A DNA stretch of 63,413 nt, counting the filler, from Basidioascus undulatus (taxonomy: Eukaryota): NCBI GenBank assembly GCA_000826855.1. It is 16 parts of 16 records of this genome, joined end to end, with 100 filler letters (N's around TTAATTAATTAA, not from the genome) between each part and the next. Parts side by side here need not be neighbours in the genome. Positions count along the whole stretch, not along the records: positions 2,697 to 25,966 come from JTLS01000270.1; 15 more parts are not named here. The stretch is one strand, 5' to 3'. The translations under genes and the position numbers were made by a program. A model generated the notes under the pieces. It did not search any database. It was not told the origin of the DNA and saw nothing but the letters and a program-made list of their open reading frames with translations. Numbering within the stretch: the first letter of the stretch is position 1; every line of letters begins with the position of its first letter. Shown in pieces: positions 10,808 to 22,253 of this stretch.

Positions 10808-13339
10808 TCAGATATACGCTGCCTTGATCTGCGCTGCTGACCTGCACTCAAACCGTCGCTGTATGCAATCGGAACTTTTCATTCTCAGTCTGCCCGCGAA
10901 GATGCATTCAAGCAGCCCTTCAACCCATAACGATACATAGTCAAAGTACCCCTTCAAGCTCCGTCTATCACAGGCCGCAATGCCTAGCCCGACCAACCAG
11001 GTTCCCCGCACCGTTCGGGTATCCCCACCCCCTTGCCTCGTATCGCCCTTCCTCGTCGCCCGCCTCGACGCCATCCCCCTTCAAACATGCTCTACTCAGC
11101 CCTCAGCAATCCTGTACCGCTCGAGATCCTGCCCCTCGCGCAGCTCAGCAGCCGTGATCGGTGGTTGCCCGCGCTCGACGCGCCAGCGGTTCGTGCCCGC
11201 GAGGAGTTGGTCATCGTCCACGAGGAACCTGCCGCGCCAAGACCCAACACTGCTGTCAGCGCGCTGCGTTGATGAGATTTGCCAGGGGGGCTGGGAACGC
11301 ACCAGAATCGACGGAGATAGCCCTCTTCTATCTCCCAGCTTTGGTGGTCTAGGACGTCCTGTAATTACGAGGAGGAAGGGAAAGGGCGTGAGCGCGCGAA
11401 AGGAAGAAGTGGTTGATAGGGCGTGGCGTGCCTCGCCGTGGATCAACATGTGCGCCATCATCCGTTCCAGAGCTTGCTGCAGGTCGTAGCGACCTGGATG
11501 AGAGGGGAGGTGAAAATGTATCGAGTAAGCAAAGGCAGCATTTGGAAACTGCAAGCGGGATGTACCCGACATGAGAATCATCTTGTCTCGCAGCTTGGGG
11601 AACGGTACGCCGTCGATCATGGGATCTAGCAGCCATCACCGACGTCAGCGTGGAGCCGGAGGGCAAAGGTGTTAGGCAGCCTACCATGGGGAATGGTGCG
11701 CTGGGTGAGAGTCGGCTTCAGACTGGGCGGTAGGACGTAGGTGGGGTCGTTCTTGTAGCTGCCCAGGCAGGCATTGCGTCAGCAACAGCAACAGCCCGTG
11801 CAACGGATAGCTTGGGTTCGCGCACTTCTCCAGATTGTACATGATGAGCTATGTGTACGAAGCTAGGTCAATTGACATTTGGACATGTATGGTTTCCCGA
11901 GCTCAACGTTTCCCGAGCCTAACGCACCTGCGCAGCTTGAGTAACCTTGTTCGTCGAATACTGATCATCCGCCTCAGTATCAGAGCCGACTGACCGCCGC
12001 CTGCCGTTACACAGCAACGTACCTCCACCGACCGGATAAACCTCTCCATATCGCTCGCATTCATGCTGCCCGGCTTCGACGGGAAGCACGCGAACTCGGT
12101 CGTGTTCCCCCTGTTGTTGTCAGGCTTGAGCGCGGGATCAAGCGCGGGTGCGGATCCTGCAGGCTGGGCGAACAGCGGCGGGGCGAGCGAAGTCCCTCCT
12201 GCAGGGCGCTGCGGCCGCTGCTGGTGGATGTCGAGCAGCGTCTGGAGCGAGTCGGCCGCGTCGAGCTCCCGCGGTCCGCACAAGCTCGGCACGGGCGACT
12301 CGACTTGCGAGGCCCAGACGTCGAAGTTATGTGCGGATCCCGCGGGAGCGGACGGGTGCTGCTGAGGAGGAGGGGGAGGAGCAGGTGCGGGGGGAGGAGG
12401 GAAGGAGGGCGACGCGTCGGGGGGAGGGGCCGAAGCGCGCTTGCGCTTCTTCGTGGAGGAGGATGAGGAGGGCCCGGCGGCCGCCGCCGAGGGGGAGGCA
12501 GAGTCGCCCCCGCCGGGCGTCGTGACACCCCCGCTCCCGCTCCCGGCGCGCTCGGTCATCTGCTGCAGGAGGACCTCGAAGGACTGGCTCTCCTCCTCGA
12601 GAATCGTCGTGAACTGCGCTTGGCTCAGCCCGAGCGACTCGACGCACGATCCCGCGCCGGAGCCGACCAGCCCGCTGTGCGCCCCGTCCGCCATGAGTAT
12701 CAGCGCAGACGCACCCCACGCATAGATGGCATGGAAATGTACCTCAGCCCCTGCACAAGCGCCCGGAGCTTCCCATTCTCCGCGTGGAGAGCCCGGCAGA
12801 AGTTGCGGAGCTGCTCGAGCTGCTGGACGGGATTGCGCTCGAGCAGGGCGACCTTGGCCTCGAGGTCCTTGACCTGCCGCCGACGTATCGCTCTCACTGT
12901 TCAGTCTCCGCGGCAAGCACTAACATGAGAGTGGTCGTACATATTGCTGCTTGCGCTGCCGGAACTCCCTGTGGTGCTCGAATGCGGCGGCCGGTCAGTG
13001 GGCACGGGGAGGAGGCGCGGTGGTGGACTGTGGACAGTTGAGGACGCACCTCTGCGCTAGACGATTCTGCACCTTCCGCTGGACACTCGTCCTGGAGGTG
13101 TTTGGGATAAGGATGAGAGTTCAGCTTCAAGTGTAGGGCATGAAAGGTAATGCACTCTGGGTTCTTCTTCCTCCCGACCTTCTCCTTGCCCACCTACGTC
13201 CACCGCGCGCCTCCTGTCAGCCCAAACATCCGTTCTACGCCTCTCCTCTTTCCTCCCTTAGGCGGGAATGAGTGTAAAGCGAACGCACATCATCCTCGGA
13301 CGAGTATTCCTGCGCCTGGCTCGGCGACGCGTCGTTCAT
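10808..13339 (-). CDS. bZIP transcription factor with C-terminal DUF3425-like domain
   Basis: Spliced N-terminus MNDASPSQAQEYSSEDD|VGKEKVGRKKNPETSVQRKVQNRLAQREFRQRKQQY|VKDLEAKVALLE (basic region plus zipper). C-terminal HDPMIDGVPFPKLRDKMIL...IHGEDVLDHQSWEIEEGYLRRF is typical of DUF3425. Confidence 0.85.
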
Positions 13340-13503
13340 GTGCGAGAGCGCGACGGTATTATTGCTGACTAGCGAACTGATGGTCAGCACGAAAGCAGCG
13401 GCAGCGGCGCGGTCAATCGATCTGGTGAGCGCGTGGGAAAAGGCGGCATCCCCCCTCTGGCTGCCGGTCTTCCCCTCGGTCTTCTCATCGTACAGTCATC
13501 ATC

Positions 13504-14242
13504 ATGGTGCGCAGAGCAACGCAGAGCTGCAGAAGGAGAGCAGAGCGGGATGGCTGATTTGCGAATACCCTGGCGCAGTCCCACCACCCCGCGTACTCTC
13601 TTGCCGCGCTCTGTGCAGTTGGTGGTGTCGTTGGCTTCGCCCGCACCAAGTCCGTTCCTTCTCTCGTGGGCGGCCTGGTGACGGCGGTTGGTTTCGGTAA
13701 GTCCTCAAGCTATAATGAAGTGCTTGGGCAGGTGCTGAAAGTGTCGCTCGCCCTCTGCAGCTGCCAGTGCTCGCGCGATCCAGGAGGGCAAGTTCAATGC
13801 TGGCTACGCAGGCGCTGCTGGTGAGTGTCTCTTATCGCAGCCGTGGAGGGATCTTGCGACGGGAACGTGTACATCTTGGCGCAAAGTGTTGGAGCAATCT
13901 GCAGCAAAGAGCCTCTTGAGGGCCTGCTATCAGAGCGGGGTCTACCATCTCAACTCGGTTTGATCTCCCTTCGCATCCTCACTTTATGACGCAATCAAAC
14001 CTCTTCGAACCTTCTAACGCTCGAACATTCTCCTCCTCGTGATCAGCTACCTCCGGTCTTCTCCTCGCTAGCTCTGCCCCGCGCTTCCGCAAAGGGCCTG
14101 TGCCTGCCGGCCTGGCGGCGCTGGGGACTGTTGGGTTGGCGTACTGTGAGTTTCGTTCGCCTATCCGAGATGATCTGGTAATTTATGATTGGGAGGTGGG
14201 ATAGACGGCAAGAAGGTGTACGACTTCCGGGTCTGGGAGTAG
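13504..14242 (+). CDS. TMEM14-family small membrane protein (copy 1)
   Basis: M|SHHPAYSLAALCAVGGVVGFARTKSVPSLVGGLVTAVGF...LLLASSAPRFRKGPVPAGLAALGTVGLAYYGKKVYDFRVWE*. The GG.xG..R.KS.PSL.GG signature is present. The first coding exon is the ATG alone. Confidence 0.88.
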
Positions 14243-14757
14243 ACTGTTGTTGTCTGTCCGAGAGAAGGATGAAATGGACTGTGATCCCCGCTCAGTGACC
14301 TGTATGTTGGTCTGCTTCGCAACCGTCTCCGCTCATTCTCCACTCGCGATCTGCGCCATCCCACAAGCGGCTCTTGCTGCCCGGGCGCTTGTCAGAAATG
14401 CAAGAAAGCGCGCGGTGGCGAGCGAGAGGTGCCCTGGCGGGACGCCGGAAGGAGACCTTCCGGCGCTCGAAGAACGCGGAAGTACCGGTTTTTGTCGGGC
14501 CACCCGCTGTTTCGCGATTATGTCCCGCTCCTTCAAGCTTGTTCCTGCTCGCTCAGGGCATCCAAACGCTTCTTGGGCACTCGTGACATAACGCATGGCG
14601 TTTGGCGAGGCGGCGCGGGCTGGCTGGTCTTGGACCGATAAAGCCTCGCAGTCCCAGACAACAGCGCGTTGACTGCATCTTGACCGTCCCCGCGCACCTT
14701 CTCACTATCGCATCTCTGCCTATCTGAACTCGTCTGTCTGAATCCTCAACATCAACA

Positions 14758-15340
14758 ATGGCAGCCCTCCCCTCCTCTCCCGCCCTGGGCTCCGCCCGCG
14801 CCGCCGCCTCAGCAGCAAGCGCAACCACAGCGACTCTCCGTGCGCCTGTACGTATCTTTGTCGCCCACCATTCGTCCCCCGGATTAGGCTGACAGATATC
14901 CTGGCAGTCATCCATCCCCTGCCTCGCGATGGCGCCCCTCTCTGGCCTCGGCGGCCTCGCAGCGCTCGTCAGCTCACGGTCAATCTTCGGCTTCGTCGCG
15001 GGCGCGGCCGCGGCCGGGCTATACCACTGGTCGTCGATGGAGCTGAAGGAGGGGTACGAGGACGGCCCGCTGAATGCTGTTTGTGAGTCTTTCAGGAGGA
15101 TTCAGAGTCCTGGGGGAGAGGCTGATGGGGAGGGCGAATACAGTGGCTTCCGGGTTGGTGTTCACTTCCACTGCGCCCAGAGCGGTCCGGCTGCGCGCAC
15201 CGGGAGCGGCGGGGCTGGCACTCGCATCTTTGGGCGCTGGCAGTTACTACGGTGAGCTGCTGATCCTATATCCCAATCATCGTGCTTTTCTGAATTCAAT
15301 TCCTATTTCAGCGAAAGAGTTGTGGGAAGACCGGATCTGA
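14758..15340 (+). CDS. Divergent TMEM14-like membrane protein (copy 2, tandem)
   Basis: MAALPSSPALG...|SSIPCLAMAPLSGLGGLAALVSSRSIFGFVAGAAAAGLYHWS...ASGLVFTSTAPRAVRLRAPGAAGLALASLGAGSYYAKELWEDRI*. It has the same three-hydrophobic-segment layout and similar intron placement to copy 1. Confidence 0.65.
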
Positions 15341-15658
15341 GGTTTATGGAGAGGGTTGAAGGCGCGAACTACTGAGGCTTGAAGCCACTTGTATGAATCT
15401 TGTATTACCGATTGACGCATTTCAATACCGAAAGCCCTCGCGCTCGCCTGCTTGCCTTGGTGCCTGGTTGCCTCCAAACCGCGTGCTCGACGCGTCTTTC
15501 TTTACGCTCTCGTGCTTTCATTTTGTACACGTCGGTCTTCTTGGACCACATTCAACAGTCCAACAGGCAATAGCTACGACCTACGCTTTGCCCGCCGTTT
15601 CCTTGCCTTGTCGCCCCAACTCGCACACCTCTCGTCTTACTTCCATCCCCACGCCACC

Positions 15659-17840
15659 ATGGACGAAGTCAGTCTCATCATGTCTTCATGTTCTTCATGG
15701 AAGTGCAATTGATTCACCTCTTTCTACAGATTATGCAAGATGACACGACCTTCGAAGAGCTCAGTGTGTCTTCCGCTGCAGCTCTCATTCCGGCCCACCG
15801 AGCTCATGCCCGCCTCCCTTCCACAGCCGAAGACCGGGACTACCAGATGGGCGTAGGCTCCGACCGTGCGCGGGCGGAGCACCGCGCGGTCCTAGATCAG
15901 CTCGAGCGGAAGAAGCAGCTGCGCACCATGGCGGTGCCGACGGACGACGGGCGGGTGCGCGCGCGGCTGCGCGAGCTGGGGGAGCCTATCACGCTGTTCG
16001 GCGAGCGGGTGCGTTGCTGGACATGGTTCGCACGCTTGGAGGAGGTGGGGCTGATAGTTGTGCGCTGGACGGGTAGCCGGAGGACCGCCGGAAGCGGTTG
16101 AAATTGCTCGTGCAGCGGCTGCAGATGGAGGCGGGGGAGGCCGGGGAAGCGATGGACGAGGACGAGGAGAGCGAGGAGGAAGAGGATGTGAGTTCTACTT
16201 CTCCTCTGCCTTCGCTGTGTTGTAGGGTCGTGGCTAAGGCGCGGTGTATGGGGTGCTGCAGAAGGAGGAGGAGTTCTACACTATCGGCTCGACCGACCTG
16301 CTGGAGGAGCGGCGACGGATAGCGGAGTACTCTTTGCCACGGTACGTCCCCCTCCTCATGCGCGCTCTCGGCAGTGGCGCTGAGTCTTGTTGAATACAGA
16401 GCAAAAGAACGACTTGCTCGACAACGGGTGGAGAGCCAGCAGCCGCTGGGGCGGATCGTCGACGTTCGGAAACGCGTTTTCGGGGAGCTCAAGGTATGTT
16501 CACATCTTTTGTCTATCACGTGTGCTGCCCCGATGCTGACCCTTCTGCTGTGAGCAGAAATACGCTAACCTCGGCTCCCAAATCGGCGACGACCGTCCCA
16601 TTTCGCAAGTGCGCTTCTCGCCGGACAGCAAGCTGCTCGCGACGGGCAGCTGGTCTGGAACGTCGAAGATCTGGAACATCCCGAACTGCGATCCCGTGAT
16701 GACTTTGAAGGGTAAGCTCGTTTCGCTGACCGGCTTGCGGAACTGAACTTGACGCTTCTTTCCACAGGCCATGCAAGCCAAGTCGGCGGCGTCGCATGGC
16801 ATCCTGCCGCCACCTTGACGCAGAGCAAGAACGCGCTGAACCTCGCTACCGGCGCAGCCGACAATAATGTCAACCTATGGTCGTTAGTGAGGTATGCTGT
16901 TCCTGTACTTTCGATCGTCGCCCAGCTTCTGACCCTTCCGAAACCCTCCCAGCGAATCGCCTATCGCGACGCTGAAGGGGCACACGGGTCGCGTTGCTCG
17001 CGTCGACTTCCACCCGTCCGGGCGCTACATCGCGAGTGCGAGCTTCGACGAGACGTGGCGGCTGTGGGACGCGGAGCGGCAAACGGAGCTGCTGCTGCAG
17101 GAGGGGCACTCGAAGGAGGTGTACGCTGTGGCGTTCCAGGACGACGGTGCACTGTTGGGATCTGGGTGCGTCTTCTGTTCAAACCCAGCGCGGTCGTGGA
17201 TCGTTGCTCAGGCTGACATGGCTGCGCTCGACAACAGGGGTCTGGACGCGATCGGTCGCGTGTGGGACTTGCGGACGGGTCGGACTGCCATGGTGCTCGA
17301 TGGACACGTCGACAGGATTCTGGGCATGGACTTTTCGCCGAATGGGTAAGCTGCCTCAATATCCCATTTTTCAGCTTGTGGCTAACTTACGATGCTTTTC
17401 GCAGCTACCAAGTCGCGACCGGCTCCGGCGACGGCACGGTGCGGATCTGGGACATGCGCGCGCTGCGCTCGATCTACAATATCCCCGCGCACAACCTGTC
17501 CACCTCGGACCTCAAGTTCTTCCGCTCCTCCGCCGAGCGCGACGGCAGCCTCGGCCTGCTCTCCACAACGGCGTCGGATGGCGTGCTCGCGAACGGGACG
17601 ACCGACTCGGGCGCGAGCACGCCCGCGCCCTCGTCCTCGCACATCTCCACGTCGGGCCTGTACCTCACGACGTGCGGCTTCGACGGCAAGATCAAGGTCT
17701 GGTCCGCGGACGACTGGCAGCTCGTCAAGACGCTCAGCACCGACGACCGCAAGATCATGTCTGTTGATGTCGCGGGAGACGGGAAGTACATCGCGAGCGG
17801 GGAGTGGTCGAGGTCGTTCAAGCTCTTTGCGGCTGAATGA
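15659..17840 (+). CDS. PRP4: U4/U6 snRNP WD40 protein Prp4
   Basis: PRP4/SFM motif [58 protein letters not shown] repeats with [32 protein letters not shown] and [10 protein letters not shown]. Confidence 0.94.
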
Positions 17841-17965
17841 GGCGCATGAATCGCTGCCGGCTACGATAACCTGTTTGCTGTGTTGTGCACGGTGAGATTG
17901 GACTGCGCTCACACACTAGGAAACTAGAAGACAGCACGCAGGCACGCTCGTGCAACAGTAGATCA

Positions 17966-20128
17966 TCAACTCCATTTCTTCAGCGACGGCAGAAGGCTCT
18001 TTTTCTTCGGTACAGCTGCAAAGCGCTCCGTCTTGCTCTGCACGCTCTTCGTGGCCGCAGCCGGCACCTTGGGAAACGCGGACGTGACGGGGCGAGCGGA
18101 CGCAGAGGAGCTGGATAGGAAGCCGAATATCGAGCTGGAAGGGGGCGCGCTCCTCGCGGACGGAAAGGGCGAGCTGCGCGACGTGCTCGAGAAGGAGACC
18201 ATCGTGCGCGGGCTGCTGCCGACGTATGGGCGAGGCGAGGAAGCTGGTGGAGTTGGGGAAGAGGAAGAGGACAGCGCGACGTCTGAATGCGCGGCCGTTC
18301 GTAACGAGGTCGCCGACGAGCGGGGAGAGGGTGTCGGAGCGGCTGCGGGTGTTCGCCGAACGAGCGCTGGACCCGACGCAGGTTGCTTCGTCTGCGCCTG
18401 CGGAGGCGGCGCGTGCACGCCAATCCCACCCAGCAGATCGGCGATGGAGCCGGCGCCCTTCCCTTTGCCTTTCCCCGCCGCAGCACGGAGCGCGAGCGGC
18501 GCGTCCTTGTGCGTCGGGAGCGGATCTGCCGGCTCGACAGGCCGCTGGCGCAGGGCAACGCTGAGGGCCTCCTCCGTCGGCGGCTCGCGTACGAGCAGGA
18601 GGGGAAAGTCCGCCTCTGCCGGAGGCGCATCTGGCGGCGGGACGATGTAACCCGCTAGGTTAACGAGCCCCGGCTCCAAGTACGTGCTGGGCCTCCTCGC
18701 CGCCGCGGCTGTCGCACGGCGCTTGCCGCCTCGTGCGTCCGCGTCGTCGCTGCCAAACCCACGCTCGCGCTTCCACGCCTCGATCTCCTCCCGCTTGGCG
18801 ATGACCTCAGGATTGGGCTCGCGCGTGCGGACGGCCGCCCACCCGGCCTCGCGCAGCGCCGACGCGCTGATCCGCTCGCCGTACACTGAGCCGAAGTGCT
18901 GGTTGTGGTAGGTGGGCATGGCAGACGCGGAGGGCGGCGCGGGGTAGGGCGCGATGTCGCCTGGCTTGGAGGGCTCGAAGATCGTGAGGAGGAGTGATGG
19001 GGTGGGGTGCAGCGTGGGGAAGCTCTCGCAGAGCGCGGAGTGCAGCGACGTGAGCGCGGAGGTCGTGTTGGGTTGTCGACGGCAGGTGGGGAAGAGGGAG
19101 GCGGGAAGGGAGGACGTGTAGGAGTGGAACATGGGCAGGCCTGGCAGAAGCTCGCCGTTCAGCAGCGGTCGCGCTTTGCGCGTGGCATTCGTGCGACGGA
19201 GATCTGGACGTCGTCGGGATGTCAGCGGTAGGAGAAAGGTGTCAGATGCATTTGAAGGATATAGACCAACCGACAAGCATCAGCCTCGGAAACCGGCTGA
19301 GGTGTGGTCCTGCCTTGTCGTTCACCTCAGCGCAGCCTTCCAATCCCAGGACGCGCAGCATCCGAAGGCCCTTCTTCTCGCGTTCCTGTATGCCAATCGC
19401 GAGCGTCTGGAGGCCCGTGTTGGACACCCGCGTGCCACCTATGAGCAGGACGGACAGCGTCGGCAGCTGGTTGAGTGTCGCGACGTTGTGGTCGTCTAGG
19501 TCGGGGCAGTTGGACAGGTCGAGCTGTGGGCAAGGCAAGGAAGCGGGCTCAGGAATGAAGGGCACGTGTTTACGTGACGAAGAGGAAGACTTACGAGCGT
19601 GAGGATGGGGTGATTAAAATCTTGCAGAAAGGAAACGTATGGGTGGTCGAGCGTCACGGTGAACGACGCGTGCTCTGGCCCAAGGACTTCGGGACCGTAC
19701 GCTGCTGCGAGAGCGAACCAGAACTATCCCGCCTGGTTTGTCAAAGAACCGCAAATAAAAAAGGTATGTAATCGACAATTGCTTGCCTGCGGGTCTAACG
19801 GCTCTCTCTGGTCCTCATCCACGACCACCTCCAACAGCCTCTTAGCCAATTCAACAGGCACCCCCTCGAAGGAGCCCTCGTCCATGAGCGGCACAGATAA
19901 GGCGGCCTGACGAAGGCACAGCTCCACCAAGCTCGGTACTGCGCCTGGCATGAGCGGCATCTGCCGACTTCGCCGGAGCTCGAGGCGCTCCTGCTCCTCC
20001 TCGAGCTTCGCCAGTCGACGCGGGCGACTGACTGACTCCGAGAACGCGATGCCGCTGAGGTCCATGCCGGACTCGCCGGCGACGGTGCGGTTGAGGATGA
20101 TGCGCCTGGACTCCGCCCGAATCGCCAT
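17966..20128 (-). CDS. Hypothetical protein with LRR-like segment and long S/P-rich C-terminus
   Basis: VPSLVELCL motif; LDLSNCPDLDDHNVATLNQLPTLSVLLIGGTRVSNTGL and LRVLGLEGCAEVND are LRR-like; the last exon is a long open frame of more than 1.2 kb. Confidence 0.7.
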
Positions 20129-20379
20129 GTTGGATAACGAGAGCTGGGAATCGGATGATGAAAATGGGAAGGACAACGGGATGGAAGAGAAGTCGCGACG
20201 CAACGCGCCGGGGCAACTTACACGACCGCCTATCGCAGTTAATGTCTAACTAGTAGAACGCCCAGCGCGACGGCTATTCCCACCTCACCTTAGTCCATTC
20301 TCAACCGTCGACCATCTGTTATCGTACCAGGACCCTCATTCCTGTTTTCTACTGTCGATCCATCTTCTCAACCATCGTC

Positions 20380-21557
20380 ATGGACCGCAGTCCTCTCGCT
20401 CGTGTCCCTGCCGAGGTACTGGCGCGCATCTTTACGTCCGCCTCCTCAAGCGGGTATCGCGACCCAACGCGCCCTTCCCCTCCTTTGCAAGGCGCTCTAC
20501 GTAAGTCGGATACGGTACATCGCTTTGTTTCCTTCTTTTTCGCAGGCGTGTGATTATTAGCTATCCTATAAATAATCATACTTTGCTACAACAGCCTGTC
20601 GGCCAGGAGTGCTAGTCGCCTCGGTCGTTCTTCGCTCCCTCGCATCGATCAACAGTCTTTACGACCGTCACTTGAGCGCTGAGGGCCGTGGATTTACTTT
20701 CGGTCCATGTGTCCGCGAACTCAGCTTCCTGATTGATGCGGACTCGCAGCTTGCATTCGCGGGCTCGCTCGATTCAACAGCCGGAGTCTCGATCATTGCC
20801 CTCCCCACCGGCCTGACATTCTTTCGCACTGCTTGTCAAGACCAGCGGACTCAAATGGGGTATCGCGCCGGTGTTCGGCCGCTGGACGCTCTAGGCTGCT
20901 CCCGGAACTTGCGCCGCCTCAGCGTCGATATCGACTTGCGCACCCACGCTGGGCTTGCTCTCTCCGCTATCAGTTGGCTGAAGCAACTCGAGTACCTGCA
21001 CATGGACACCTCAATCGTTCACATCGAAGAAACTGAAGCCAATATGCTCAAACTTCACCTTCCGAAGCTTTCAGAGCTGGAGTTCGGCATTTCGCTAACG
21101 GACCCGTCTCAATGCCAAGCGTGGCTGTCTTCGCTGAGATGGCCTGCACTCACAACACTGTCGTTCACCCTAACAGGGCATATAGCTCCGCACCTCGACC
21201 GCTTCCTGGGCCAGCATGGCACACAGCTCCGCTCTCTTCAGTTTACCTGTCGCATTCTGATTCTGAGCTGTCCTCGTTCGCTGCCCGCAGCTCCGCAAGC
21301 TCAGACTCCACCTTGAAGTCACGCTATACCCAAGCCATTCAACCATCTCAATTCCGCCAACACTCGAGTTTTTGCGCCTCGTTGCCTATGGCACGTCGAG
21401 GGCTGCACGCGACACGCTTGATGTATTGTTGCAAACTCAAATCGCCACATCGCGTCCCGCAAGACTTCGAACTATCGCACTCAAGCCCCACTCGCAGGGG
21501 GGAGGCTTTGACTGGGGTACAGGGGACTTTGAATTTGTGGGTTGGCACTTCAGATGA
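20380..21557 (+). pseudogene. F-box/LRR-like gene with apparent frameshift near 21255-21270
   Basis: MDRSPLARVPAEVLARIF is F-box-like. LRR-like LxxLxxLxL units follow. The main frame stops at 21316, but the LRR pattern continues in another frame (VLVRCPQLRKLRLHL...PTLEFLRL). Confidence 0.55.
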
Positions 21558-22253
21558 GCATCAACCTTGCACGCGTTGGCATCCAGCTGGGTGATGCGAA
21601 GGGCAATTATGTCCATGTACAATCGGGGATGTGATGCGGCCGGATGAATAGAGAGGGACGCAACAAGCAAGCATCCTTCTTGAGCCACAATGGATCTGAA
21701 TTCCTCTTAACTCGTGCACACCTCCTTTCCTTCAACGCAAGATGCACCAAGAATGAATGTGTGAAGACACGACTCTGCGGTAGTATGAATACACTACGAT
21801 TAATGAAGCGTGACCGACGCGACAGCGACTGCTTTTTACGTCCGGCGCGCACGCGAATCAAAACAACGTGCTGCCTCGCCCAACTCTGCCTGCCACCGCT
21901 GAACGCCTCTAGGAAGAGGCTGGTCATTACTGCATAGAAATGTAAAGGTTCCATACAAAGGCCACAAAAAAAAACGTGGCAGACCGGAGAAACTACTCAT
22001 TTTAGACGGGGACTCAACTTTCGCGTGGGGGAGACAGGCCTGCCCTGGCTGCCCCCTCGTCTCTTGCCCTTACCCCTTGCCCTCCCCCTTCACACTACTC
22101 TGCCTTTCTCCTTACAGCGTGCTCTGCGAGTACCGCTTCTCTTCACTTTCACTACTTTATATTCTTTTTTCTCGGCAGTAACGCTCTTGACGAGCTCCCC
22201 ACCTTCTTTCTCGCACGGACGTGATCCCTCCCCATCCACACCAGACCGACACC

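Noticed and set aside
13853..13910. Group I intron P/Q-like words (TTGCGACGGGAAC, GCAATCTGCAGC) in the TMEM14 intron
   Set aside because: There are no recognisable R and S elements, and the intron has normal spliceosomal signals (GTGAGT, CTAAC, CAG).
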